From: Takakia lepidozioides
Taxonomy: Eukaryota; Plantae; Bryophyta
DNA length: 64,000 nucleotides
Direction of reading: 5' to 3'
Assembly: GCA_030704615.1 (NCBI GenBank)
Contig: CM060731.1
Location: 87,792,001-87,856,000 of the forward strand
Shown here: one piece after another, positions 23,835-34,349 of the stretch
How the letters are laid out: each line of letters starts with the position of its first letter
Position numbering within the stretch: position 1 is the first letter of the stretch
The notes under the pieces: model-generated
What the model saw: the letters and a program-made list of their open reading frames with translations, nothing else
Databases searched by the model: none
Told to the model about the DNA's origin: nothing
Translations under genes and position numbers: made by a program

Positions 23835-24770
23835 GGCAATTTAGATCCATTGCTTGACCCAACACTTGGCGGCATGATGCCTCTGACAGAGCTGGCACAT
23901 CTGTAGTGCCGATGGCAAATCCCATTGCCCGCTCTCGCTCATCCGCATTGGGCTCCACCAATTGCTGTAGCACACTGTCCCAAATCAATCCAGGACCATT
24001 GTCTTGAAAAGCATGAGACGAGGGAAAGCTCATGAGCGTAGGCAAGGCCGCACGTGGCTGCCCCACTCGATTGACCACTGCTAGAGGTGGACGGTCATCA
24101 TGTCGCACCCTCTGTGGTTGTCTCCCTTGGTCCAAAATGCCCTCAACCGTGAGATTGGGTGGCCGATGAATGGAATCGTATGCTCTCTTGAGCAGCTCTG
24201 GTGGTGCAAGATTGGTCCACCACAATCGAAGTCGATGCGCGCGTGATCCCACCGCTGCTGCATCCAATAGCACCGCCAATCCAATCCAAGACCGCACCTG
24301 ATGCACACTGGCCATAACCCTGGCCCGAGAATCCCCCATAAGAAGAACATTCTCCAAGATATAGCCTAGAGGTTGCACTTGCCTCGTCTGCAAGTCCCGC
24401 AACACTCGCAACATCTCCCAAAACAAATGCGATCGTGCATCATGCAAGCCATTCCCATGACCTGCGGGAGAGTGTCCTTGGCAAGGCCATCCGGTTATCA
24501 CCAAGTCAATGGAACCATGCCGCTGCAAATCATCCGCCCCTAGCAAGGTAATGTCTGCTGGCAAGGCTTTTTGATACCCTCGAACTGCTGAGAGAGGCAA
24601 CAACTCAGGATACCGGTGTGTGAGCAAGGCAATGTGACGCACGGAAATACGCCGAGCAATCTCATCCTTCTCCACATACAAGTACTTGCGTACTTTAATC
24701 CATGCTTGCAACACTCCTGCAAGCCCAGTGCTCATGCCTCCAAACAGGTCTAGCAAACAAATCCCTGAGT
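23835..24770 (-). CDS. C5 cytosine DNA methyltransferase domain (DNMT3-like) embedded in pol
   Basis: Motif I LLDLFGG, II YVEKD, III ADI, IV DLVITGWPCQ (catalytic PC intact), VI ILENV, VIII LDAAAVGSRAHRLRLWWTN, IX DERERAMGF, X RQVLGQAM, in canonical order within ORF 23377..26250. Confidence 0.93.
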
Positions 24771-25179
24771 CAAGTGGTTGCCAGGTAATGGGCACTTTGT
24801 CCAAAGGAGCTAACTCAGGAGGTCCAGGTGATGTCACTGAACTCCCCTCACTCACCAATGGAAAGGCCTCCCGCCATGGTTGGTGCACACACTTGCCTGC
24901 TACTCGATGCAAATTCCCAACCGTACCCCACAGTGGAATATGCACAGGCACATGAGGAAACAAATCAGCCTTGTATGCCAATTGTTTGTCCTCATCAGGT
25001 GATGGCCTATCATCTGCATGGCTATTGCCCTCCAAGAGCTCACCACCCCAAGCCACCACCCCTGAGAATGCAGCCAATGTGGGCATCATGTTCCTACGAT
25101 CCACCGCTACATTCCCAAAAAACCGCACTGGGAGCAGTGCACGTCGGCCATCTCCTGACTGCCATTCCGGCCTGTAGGA

Positions 25180-25500
25180 TGTCGTTTCCTCCCAAAAGTC
25201 CAGAGTGAATCCCATGGGGTATAACACCGCCCCACCAACAAGCACATCATAAGACATCGCGTCCGTAACAATGGCTTTAGCTCTCATGACTGAGCCGTCC
25301 GTAGGATGATTCGGCTGCAATCGAATGAAGAGCTCATGATGTGTAATCCCTTGTGCCTTCTTTGAACCGCCCAAAGATGTTTGAATTTGGAAAGGGCAAG
25401 GCTCCAAATCCGCTTTTGTAAGGCCCAAACCTGCAATTGCTGCTCTTCCCAACATCAATGGCTGTGCTCCCGAGTCCAACAAGACCCGTAGTGGCCTATA
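25180..25500 (-). CDS. Retroviral-type aspartic protease domain of A2
   Basis: RVLLDSGAQ...YDVLVGGAVL, in frame upstream of the DNMT domain. Confidence 0.8.
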
Positions 25501-26439
25501 CCTCCTCCCGGCTGGGCCACCCAACTGAAACACACCATCCTGATTGTCCACCAGGACTACCCCAGGAGTCACCATACTACGCTCAATGGCTGGTCTAGCT
25601 GGCAATTCCTGCAACCTTGCAGCTGTCACTTGCCATGGTGCAGCTGTGGCTATCTTCACCCTTGAGTCCAGGGCATCCATGCACTGCACATTATCCGCTA
25701 TCCCCGCAGATAGTGCCGATGCATCACCACTCTCACAGAGTCTAGTTGCTAGTCTGAACACAGAAGCTGGCCGAATCCCCGGCATTGCAATGGTCATTGC
25801 AGAAAACAATGAAACTTGGCAAACAGCCGTAGCTGCCCCCAACAATGTACTGGCTGCACCTTGCTTTGCAGCACCACCCACTAGCATTTCCCGAGCCACA
25901 CCAACTCTCCCCACTGGCACTCGTGGCTCTACCTCTGACACACTTGGGCGAGCGGGTGCCATCGATGGCATAGTTGGCACTGTCTCAGCCAATGTGAAAG
26001 ACTGTGGAAGCCTTGTCTGTCGACTTGCTTCCCCCCTTTGTGGATCAAAATCCACATCTGCTCCTCTTGGCTCAGGAGCACGCGTTGCTGCTCGAGTGAC
26101 AGCAGCTGCAGAGTCCACATGCAATGGTCCAGCAAGTGCGGCTCCACACATGAAGCCCATACCAATCTGGCCTTCCCTAGGCATAGGAGGTTGTGCAGGT
26201 GGGGCTTGAACCTCAGGCCTTGGAGCTGACACCACATTAGTAGTGGCCATGGCAGCAAGACGTTGCTCGAGTGCAGCTACGGCGTGAGCCTAGCCGCGTG
26301 AGCCCAAGAGCTCGGCTCATGCTTTGCCCTCTAAGCGTGAGCCCAGGGGTTTAGTGGAGGAAGAAGCAGGCCCCATACCCGAGTCCTCTGTTTAGAGAGG
26401 GTCCTATTGTCGTGGAAGCAGTTATAGCGCTTAAAAAAA

Positions 26440-27700
26440 GAGGTATAGAAAGAATGGAATGGTCATTGTAAAACTTACTGAGGTTTTCTTATTGAAGAAG
26501 AGGTGAAAAAAAAAGGCTAGGTGAGTCATCATGAATAAGATAAATAAGATTTATTTAGGGATTCTTGCATGAACAAGAGGCAAGAAAAGTTTGGATGCTC
26601 ATTGTCAAGCTATCTGACGTTTCTAGTATTTCATCCATGGTGGATGGATGATGGATGGATGAAATATTGAAGGAGAGGTTAAAAATAATGAGGATGGGCA
26701 AGAACAAGCCCCAAAATATAACCCCTCATTGTGAAACAGGCAATGGTTTTTCGTAATGTAGATGAGGTGAAAATTAAACAGATGGTCATCTTCAAGCTTA
26801 TTTAGGCTTTGTTTGTGAAGAAGATGTGTAACAAGATGAGCGGTTTATTGTGGAACTTGTTCAGGTTTGTGTTATTGAAGATGAGGTGAAAAAAAAACAC
26901 GTGGTCATTGTGATTGCTTATATAGGGTGTGTTTGTGAAGAAGAGGTAAAAAAAAACATTGAGCTATCCTTGTGAAACTTGTTTAGGATTCTGTTATTGA
27001 AGAAGAGGTGAAAAAAAAAGTTAAGCTCTATCATTGTCAAACTTGTTCAGGTTTCTGTTATTGAAGAAGAGGTGAAAAAAGAAATCAGATGGTCATTATG
27101 AATGTTTATTTAGGGTTTGTTTGTGAAGAATAAATTGAGCTCTCATTCTCAAACTTGTTAAGGTTTCTGTTATTGAAGAAGAGGTGAAAAAAATATTAGA
27201 TGGTCATCATGAATGCTTATTTAGGGTTTGTTTGTGAAGAAGAGGTGAAAAAAAAAATTGAGCTCTATCATTGTCAAACTTCTTCAGGTTTCTGTTATTG
27301 AAGAAGAGGTGAAAAAAAAACCAGATGGTCATCATGAATGCTTATTTAGGGAATAAATTAGGGATTGTTTGTGAAGAAGAGATGAAAAAGAAACTTGAGC
27401 TCTACCATTGCAAACTTCTTCAGGTTTCTGTTATTGAAGAAGAGGTGAAAAAAAACCAGATGGTCATCATGAATGCTTATTTAGGGTTTGTTTGTGAAGA
27501 AGAGGTGAAAAAAATTGAGCTCTATCGTTGTCAATCTTGTTCAGGTTTTTGTTGATGAAAAAGAGGTGAATAAAAAATCAGATGTCATCATGAATAAATT
27601 AGGGTTTGTTTGTGAAGAAGAGGTGAAAAAAAAACTTGAGCTCTATCATTGTCAAACTTCTTTAGGTTTCTGTTATTGAAGAAGAGGTGAAAAATAAAGC
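26440..27700. repeat. AT-rich tandem array (~55-bp alternating halves, ~112-bp unit) inside the nested transposon
   Basis: Recurrent ttgaagaagaggtgaaaaaaaa followed alternately by gatggtcatcatgaatgcttatttagggtttg and ttgagctctatcattgtcaaactt. Confidence 0.9.
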
Positions 27701-27905
27701 CCGGGGCAATATTAGGGGTGGGGGCAGAAGTGGTGTGCGTCGACGCACTCAATTTTAGAGGCTCGTTAACCAAACCCGATGAAAAAATAAACTACATTTC
27801 ATAACGAGACATCGCCTGCTTGTCCAGATTTAAGAACTGTGTATACATGTTCTACAAACAAGGCAGCCCTTTCCGACATTGTGAAAAATCGCAACATATG
27901 CAATA

Positions 27906-28426
27906 CTACTCGATATTGCCAATGTCTCGTTGCAAAAGTGTCCGTACCTCACCAGCACCTAATGTCGCCTGGTGAATGATTTGGTCTCTTTTGGGATCAC
28001 AATACATCCTGCGCAAAAAGATGTAGTAAAGATGCTTGCAGGGAGCCCATTTCCCTCTCTTTCCTAGAGCTTCCTCACGCATGCACACGAAGTTGGGACA
28101 GGTACACCCCGGAAAATTTCCCACCGTCACCTGATAGGCCCTGTCGTGCAAAACAGACCCAGATTTAAAGTATAAACCCGTCCATACCCAGGTGAAGGTA
28201 CTTCCATAGTTCCTGTTACCCGAGCCTGAAGTAGTCTGGCCGATTCCACTTTCGCATCGTGATCAGGCCCCGAAGCCACCTGATGCACTGTTTTGCCATT
28301 CCTTCTTGTGGGATGTGAAGTTGTCTGGAGGAGGCACCATAGCAGCAAGGCCACCAAGAGTCGACGCCACAGATCGGTGTAGACGAAAGCCGGCGTCCTC
28401 CAACTTGCCCATCTCCAGTTCGTCAA
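27906..28426 (-). pseudogene. SWIM zinc-finger protein fragment
   Basis: YQVTVGNFPGCTCPNF...PCKHLYYIF matches the SWIM pattern CxC-xn-CxH. Frameshifted against the upstream ORF 28127..28426. Confidence 0.75.
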
Positions 28427-28849
28427 TGATCATCCTGAAATCATGATTATGAAAAAATTGAGTGTGTTGACGCACTCAGTTCTCGGGGGGGGGGGGGGAG
28501 ATGGGGGGGTTTTGGGTTTCCCCCAAAACCCGTCGGGTACCCGGGGTGAAAATCCGGACCCGCACCTGTCGTCGATGATCATCCTAAAATCATGATCATG
28601 AAGAAATTGAGTGCGTTGACGCACTCAGTTCTCCCGGGGAGGAGAGGGAACCCCCTTTTTTTTTTTGGTTATCATACAATCTGTCACGATGAGATGTCGC
28701 CGGGAGCTGGCAAGCTACTTGAAAGCCTCGGGGATGCGGATTATCAAGACCTAGAACTGTGTCAACAGCCTATATCTGACGAAAGGGGATTGCCCAGGGC
28801 AGAAGGTGGGTTTCAAATACTTCGTTTTTATGCCTTCTTTGTTGAAGTT

Positions 28850-28960
28850 CCACTGTACTGACTGTTATGAAGTCATGTTGTTCGCACTGCCTGAATTGAG
28901 TGCAAGGCAGATGGCAAACACTTGTTTGGTATGGAAGGAGATGCAGATATTTTCACTGGC
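28850..28960 (+). pseudogene. F-box-like motif fragment
   Basis: CTDCYEVMLFALPELSARQMANTCLVWKEM follows the F-box spacing (..D....IL..LP...L......C..W). Confidence 0.35.
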
Positions 28961-29970
28961 CTCCTCGCCGAGTTGCAAGGGGCGCGTCTACCTCCAATGT
29001 CAAGGATGTCACTGCGCAAATTGATATCCTCGACGGTGACGACAAAGACCTGGACAATGACTTTTCATGTGAGTAAGTTCATTTTCTGTCTATTTGATCC
29101 CTGTGTATATGCTCTGTCGCATCCCCTTCTGTTGTCTGATTGTTACCCAAATGGTGCATTTCTGATTGCAGGAATGTGAACGCACTCCCGTGGCCCCTGT
29201 CTTCCATATACTTGAGGGACTTGTGCTGGAGCCTACCTCCTAATTATGTCCTTCCCGATTACGCGGAAGACATTGCTCGTGTGCAAGCAACTGTGCTTTC
29301 TCCCCTACCTTTGCATTGGAGTTCCAGGAAGACGCTCAGGCACCTTTTCATAGATATACCACCTACAGATGTACTTGAGGACATTCATTTATGGAACATG
29401 AGGGGACACACTCTCCGTTTTCCATTGCACCACCATTTCTCTTCCCACCATCTGTTGTAATGAGCACGGACTACAATGAAATTCACATCCCTGAATTGAA
29501 ACATTCTCTCCCCCGCGTCCTGCGAATTTGAAAGTGTTTTCACTTTAATCATTGCTCTCAAATTCAACCGTGTGCATTCAATAAAAGTTTTTCAACAAAG
29601 ATGAATATGTGCATAGTCCAGTAGACAGTCATTCGACATATGCCATCACACCAATATTTGGTTGGATGGATTGAGGATGAATGTTTTTGGATGGATGAAC
29701 CCATGGATGATGTCAGTGCGCAGTATCATGCACAGGGGCGGGATGGCGAGGTTCACTGTCGGGGTTGAGGTGGGTCCCTAAGGCTAACAAGGGTTAGGGT
29801 TTCTGTTTGGGGTTGTAGGGTTAATATGGATGAAGACGTGTTTCTGCGGTAATGGATCCTCTTCCACGGAAATAGATGCCGCATCTTTCCCAAAATCATG
29901 TCACGTGTCCTGGGCTCACGCCAGGCTCCTGGGCTCATGTGGCTAGGCTCACACTCTAGCATCCCCCACT

Positions 29971-31392
29971 TTGCTCTAGCTGGGCAAGCCTATCCACCAT
30001 GCCTTGGTCATGACCTTGACCTTGACCTTGACCTTGTGCTCCTTGGTTTTGGTTACGACCTCCACCACGACCTCTGCCTCCTCTACCTCTCTGGACTACA
30101 TTGCCTCGTCCTCGGCCACCATTGTTTCCTTGGAACTGGCCTGGCCGTAGCTCAGGATGCAAGTCATAACAATGGGCATCTTCATGCCCATACTTGCCAC
30201 AATGCCCACACTGTAGTTGTGTAGGCTGTGCCTGTGTCGGCCCTTTACCTCTCTCCGGGCAATCTCTCTTAACATGGGGTCCTCCACAATCCCAACATGT
30301 CACACCCGACTGTTGTTGGCCTAAGAATGAAGGAAGTGACCTCTGCAATTGAGATCCTCTCTGTCCTTCCCTGGGCTTCGCCTGAGCCCCCTTGTTGCCT
30401 TGAGCACGTTGGGGTAGTGGTTGTTGTTGGCTAGGAGCCCCACTTCGTTGTGTCTCCTTACCAAACCCCACCATGACAACTCGTTCCTCCACCATATTGA
30501 GCTCTATCCGCTCTGCCAGCAAAAACACGTTTGCGAAGGTGGGTTGGTCCACTTATAGGAGAGTTGCATCCCGCACCCTTCTCCTCAGCTCCTTGTCCAA
30601 TATCCCATACCAGAATTGGACTGCTTGAGCTTCCGTAACCCCTTGGGTTACATTTATCAATCGCCTCATGCGCGTGTAAGCCTCCCTCAAACTCTCAGCA
30701 GGCTTGCGCTGGAACTCTTGCAAGCTCCGCAATTTCTCCGTCCTTATCCACTGGTAGTTTCTCCTCAACTCCTCGAAGAACTCCACAACTGGGTTAAAGG
30801 CAGGCACGGGTGTTGGTGCTGCAGTAGGAGCTTGAGTGGATTTCCCAGCTCCATCTTTACTTGTCCCACTACTAGTGCTTGCAGTTGGGGATGTTGGTGT
30901 AGCTGCTGGTATCGCCGCTGCCTTTGTGCCTCTAGTGATGGAGACATAGTCAAGTGACCAATATTGTCGCCACTCCTCAATCTCCACCTCATTTCCCCGT
31001 CTAAACTCCTGGTAGTCATCCATAGGTGGTCCCTCAAGGTGCTAAAACAGCCCATTCCACGCCATAAAAGACGTAAACAGTTGTGGATTGCGCATCTGCT
31101 GCAAATCACACCAACTATCAAACTCCTGTATGAAATCATCAAGCTCGATGGTGTCCACAGCTCCCGAGTACCGACGTGGCCCCTTGGTAGCTCCATACAT
31201 TTCCTCCATCGTATCCCACAACAATGGCACGGAAATGGCTTGCACCCTCGGCGAGAATCCTTCTAACTCTGAGTCTGAACCTTCCTCAGAAGACACTGAA
31301 GGTGAAGGTGGCCTAAACCGCACACCTCGTCTTGTATACCCATTAGTATCGCTGGTGCTCGTACCGGCACTCTCCTCAGCAACTGGTGGCAC
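29971..31392 (-). pseudogene. Gag of A2 (two in-frame stops) with two zinc knuckles
   Basis: ORFs 31042..31392, 30553..31023 and 29956..30552 are in one frame, separated by TAG and TAA. Contains FQRKPAESLREAYTRM, CWDCGGPHVKRDC and CGHCGKYGHEDAHC. Confidence 0.88.
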
Positions 31393-32179
31393 CTCGGTGA
31401 TGAAAACTCACACTCAAACCGGCTATCAGCTTGTCTCTAATCACCCTTTCCACGAGGTAACCGGGTAGAGAACCTGTTGCGGCTTATGGTTTGGAATACT
31501 AGGTTCCTATTCTGAACCTGCACCTGCACCTGCATCCACCGCAGGCACTCCTATGGTCTGCTGGTCATCAACCCAGCCTCACCATAAGAGAAACAATGAT
31601 GGTCTGCTGGTCATCACCCCAGCCTCACCACCGACAGCACGCTCTAGGATTGGCCGGCCACAATATTTCCGGCACAACCACCTATAAAAGCAAGCGCCCA
31701 AACCAAACTAGCATGGCGCACAGTCAAGCATGCATGTGTGGGAGGAGGATCTAAACACAGGAAACTCAAACAACAACACCTCCCACAGCTTAAATCAATT
31801 GATCTCCTTGCGGCTTTAATAAACCTGCAAGATGGCCAAGTCTCTATCCAAACCAGCTCTGCCTCCGCTTACGGAAAAGCTTTGGCCTACAAGAATGATG
31901 GAAGACTATAGAGAAGAGAAGCTAAAGCAATCTTTAAGCCCATAATGCTCTTATCCCAGTACTTCCCCTATCTTCACACTCACTCTTGCTTGAGCAATGA
32001 ACAAGACTATCCTTAAAGAACCTCTCAAATAACTCTCAAGAGCCCTCAAATTATTGCCATGAACTTTTTGAAATCTGCCCTCAATCAGCTTCTCACATAG
32101 ACCCACCGAGGTTCAAGAAGTTCGCAAACTTGGACTCCAAACAATCCACCAAAAGGCCCTAAGCGCCCGACAATTAGTG

Positions 32180-33365
32180 GCCTCCAAGGTCTCCAACCAG
32201 CCCTCACAATGGCTCCACAAGCTTGCCCAATATGGCCTCCAAGGACCTCCAACAGTCCTCCAACAGCCCTTAAGAAGCTCCTCAAATCTGCAATGTATTG
32301 GCCTCCAAGGACCTCCAACAGTCCTCCAACAGCCCTTAAGAAGCTCCTCAAATCTGCCAAGTATTGGCCTCCAAGGACCTCCAACAGTCCTCCAAAGAGC
32401 TCTTAGAAAGTTCTATAAGTCTGCCCAATGTGGGCCTCCAAGGACCTCCAATCGTCCTCCAACCAGCCCTCACAAGGCTCCACAGGCCTGCAAAACATTG
32501 GCCTCGAAGGACCTCAAATAGTCCTTCAAACAACCCCAAACAGGCTCCACAAACCTGCAAGATATTGGCTTCAATAGACTCCAAATAGTCCTCAAGCAGG
32601 CCCCAATACCTGCAAAATATTGGTCTCAATAGACCCCAAACAGTCCTCAAGCAGGCCCCAATACCTGCAAGATATTGGCCTCAATAGACCCCAAATAGTC
32701 CTCAAAGCAGGCCCCATAAGGCTCCAAAAATATCCATAGACAGTCGATTTTTCATCCGTCACTGACCAAATTTCATCCAAATCCGTGATTTCTCATCCGC
32801 AGGTCCGATACTTCATCCGCCACGATAGTTCATCCGTCGGTGCGATATTTCATCCACCGGCACGATTTCATCCGATGGCACGATAGTTCATCCGCTGCCA
32901 CGATTTCATCCGCTGACGCAGTTTCATCCGTCGCCACGATTTTTCATCCGATAGCGTGATAGTTCATCTGCTGACAAGATTTCATCCGCTGGAGCAGTTT
33001 CATCCGTCGCCGCAATTTTTCATCCGATAGCGCGATAGTTCATCCGCTGACGAGATTTCATCTGCTAGCGCAGTCTCATCCATCGCCGCGATTTTTCATC
33101 CGATAGCGCGATAGTTCATCCACTGACGAGATTTCATCCTCGGGCGTAGTTTCATCCACTGCAACCGATTCTCATCCAAGAGCGCCAAGTTTCATCCACT
33201 GGTTCAATAGTTCATCCGATTGGACAATGGTGGTGCTCCCAACTCTGGGGCAATGTTCCCACGTGTTCCTATGCGTTCCCACGAGTTCCCAAGTGTTCTC
33301 ACGCGTTCCCTCGAGTTCCCAAGGAGTTCACACCCGTTCCCAAGTGTTCCCACGCGTTCTCAAGC
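32180..33365. repeat. Three adjacent tandem-repeat tracts in the 2.7-kb leader of A2
   Basis: ~63-bp unit tggcctccaaggacctccaacagtcc (32180-32720), ~19-21-bp TTCATCC unit (32750-33220) and short GTTCCC unit (33255-33365). Confidence 0.85.
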
Positions 33366-34090
33366 TAGGGTTTGCGCCGCTTTGCCTCTGCGATTGCTGC
33401 AACGAGCTATGGCTTCTATGGAGCAACCAGAGGTGCTGTTCTTGGTTTCTTGAGCCTCAATAATAGACCACAAAGAGTGCCTCTAACTCCCTGAGCAGGC
33501 TATTTGTCACATAACAAGCTCTCTTTCTCTATAGAACTTATTGAAACAAACATAGAACAAGCTATTGAGCTTTCTATGGCATACCCTCTTCTAGCCATCG
33601 CATGTACTCATAGTGCTTCCTTCCATGGCCATAGTGCTCCTAATCCAGACCTGCACTTGCCACTTCCATAGACATGTTTTTCCCAAGCTTGGGATTGAAA
33701 CCCCAACTCAAAGCATGCTCTACAAATACACTATTCTACCCCAAAGAGAAATCAGATGTCTACCTCCACTCATAGATTGAAGTTGAAGACTCCCACAAGC
33801 TGAAACCATGCTCCACACATGCACCGCTTGCTTCCTTAACACCCGAGCTCTTCTTGAACTCCTCAAACCCTGCAACACTTGCAGAACAAGAACTTCTTCA
33901 CAAGCTCTCAAACTTTCCAATGGGGCTCTCCTTGAAGACCTCCTATTGTACATAAACACCACAAGGCTTTCTTCTTGCAAACCCTACAACACCTTGTATC
34001 TTAAGAGCTATCTATCAAGCTCTCTTCCACACACAAGTGCTAACTATGCTAACACCTTGCACTCATAGATGTAAGTAGGTCTTCTTCTAG

Positions 34091-34349
34091 TGATACGGAA
34101 ATGGTCTCCATCTCAAGTACTAGAGCTATGGCGGCGAGAGAGGCCTCGGGAGGCTCGACTAGAAGAAGACGAGCCTGCCTACGTCTCACGTGGAGATAAC
34201 CTCCCCACGTCCCAAGTGAGGTTCGCCACCTCACTTGGCACATGGAACCAAATGAAGTCCCAATGCCAACAAAATATAAATATAAATATATAATGTCCTA
34301 ATTAGCTAGAAATAACTATTTCTAACTAATCACAAACAAAACCATGACA
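34091..34349 (-). repeat. 5' terminal repeat A1 of element A2
   Basis: Matches 19685-20032 with about 5 substitutions and lacks the 89-bp segment 19700-19788. No B repeat and no TGG-type PBS follow it. Confidence 0.9.

Larger units (their letters stand above)
26269..29970. mobile_element. Nested 3.7-kb TIR DNA transposon (non-autonomous/degenerate; Zisupton/KDZ- or MULE-like)
   Basis: Flanked by TTGCTC at 26263-26268 and 29971-29976. Imperfect TIRs (agtg...gtgagcctagcc.c.tgagccca.gagc). Removing it restores gag-pol in frame: GMVDRLAQLEQ|RLAAMATT. Confidence 0.85.
19599..34349 (-). mobile_element. Full-length gypsy-like retroelement (copy A2) encoding Gag-PR-DNMT-RT-RH-INT-PHD, bounded by split direct repeats
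   Basis: Termini TGTCATGG (34349) and CACGACA (19599). TSD TGGC at 19595-19598 and 34350-34353. The empty site rebuilds a palindrome unit, gcgaccgccaagttggcggtc. All retroelement domains are present in gypsy order. Confidence 0.92.

Noticed and set aside
23835-24770. Host DNMT gene or bacterial restriction-modification contamination
   Set aside because: It is intronless, in frame with the retroviral protease, present in two TE copies, enclosed by the element's TSD, and has no neighbouring endonuclease.
25544-26209. 221-aa plus-strand ORF and other antisense ORFs over pol, the J-protein and MTase exons
   Set aside because: They are shadow ORFs opposite real coding frames, with no motifs.
32085-32780. 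Repetitive ORFs (LEVLGGQY.ADLRSF / WPPRTSNSPP) as proteins
   Set aside because: They are translation artefacts of the 63-bp tandem repeat and are open on both strands.
19599-34349. DIRS/Ngaro tyrosine-recombinase element, suggested by the split repeats
   Set aside because: No tyrosine recombinase motifs were seen. It has a protease, an HHCC-DDE integrase, TG...CA ends and a TSD.
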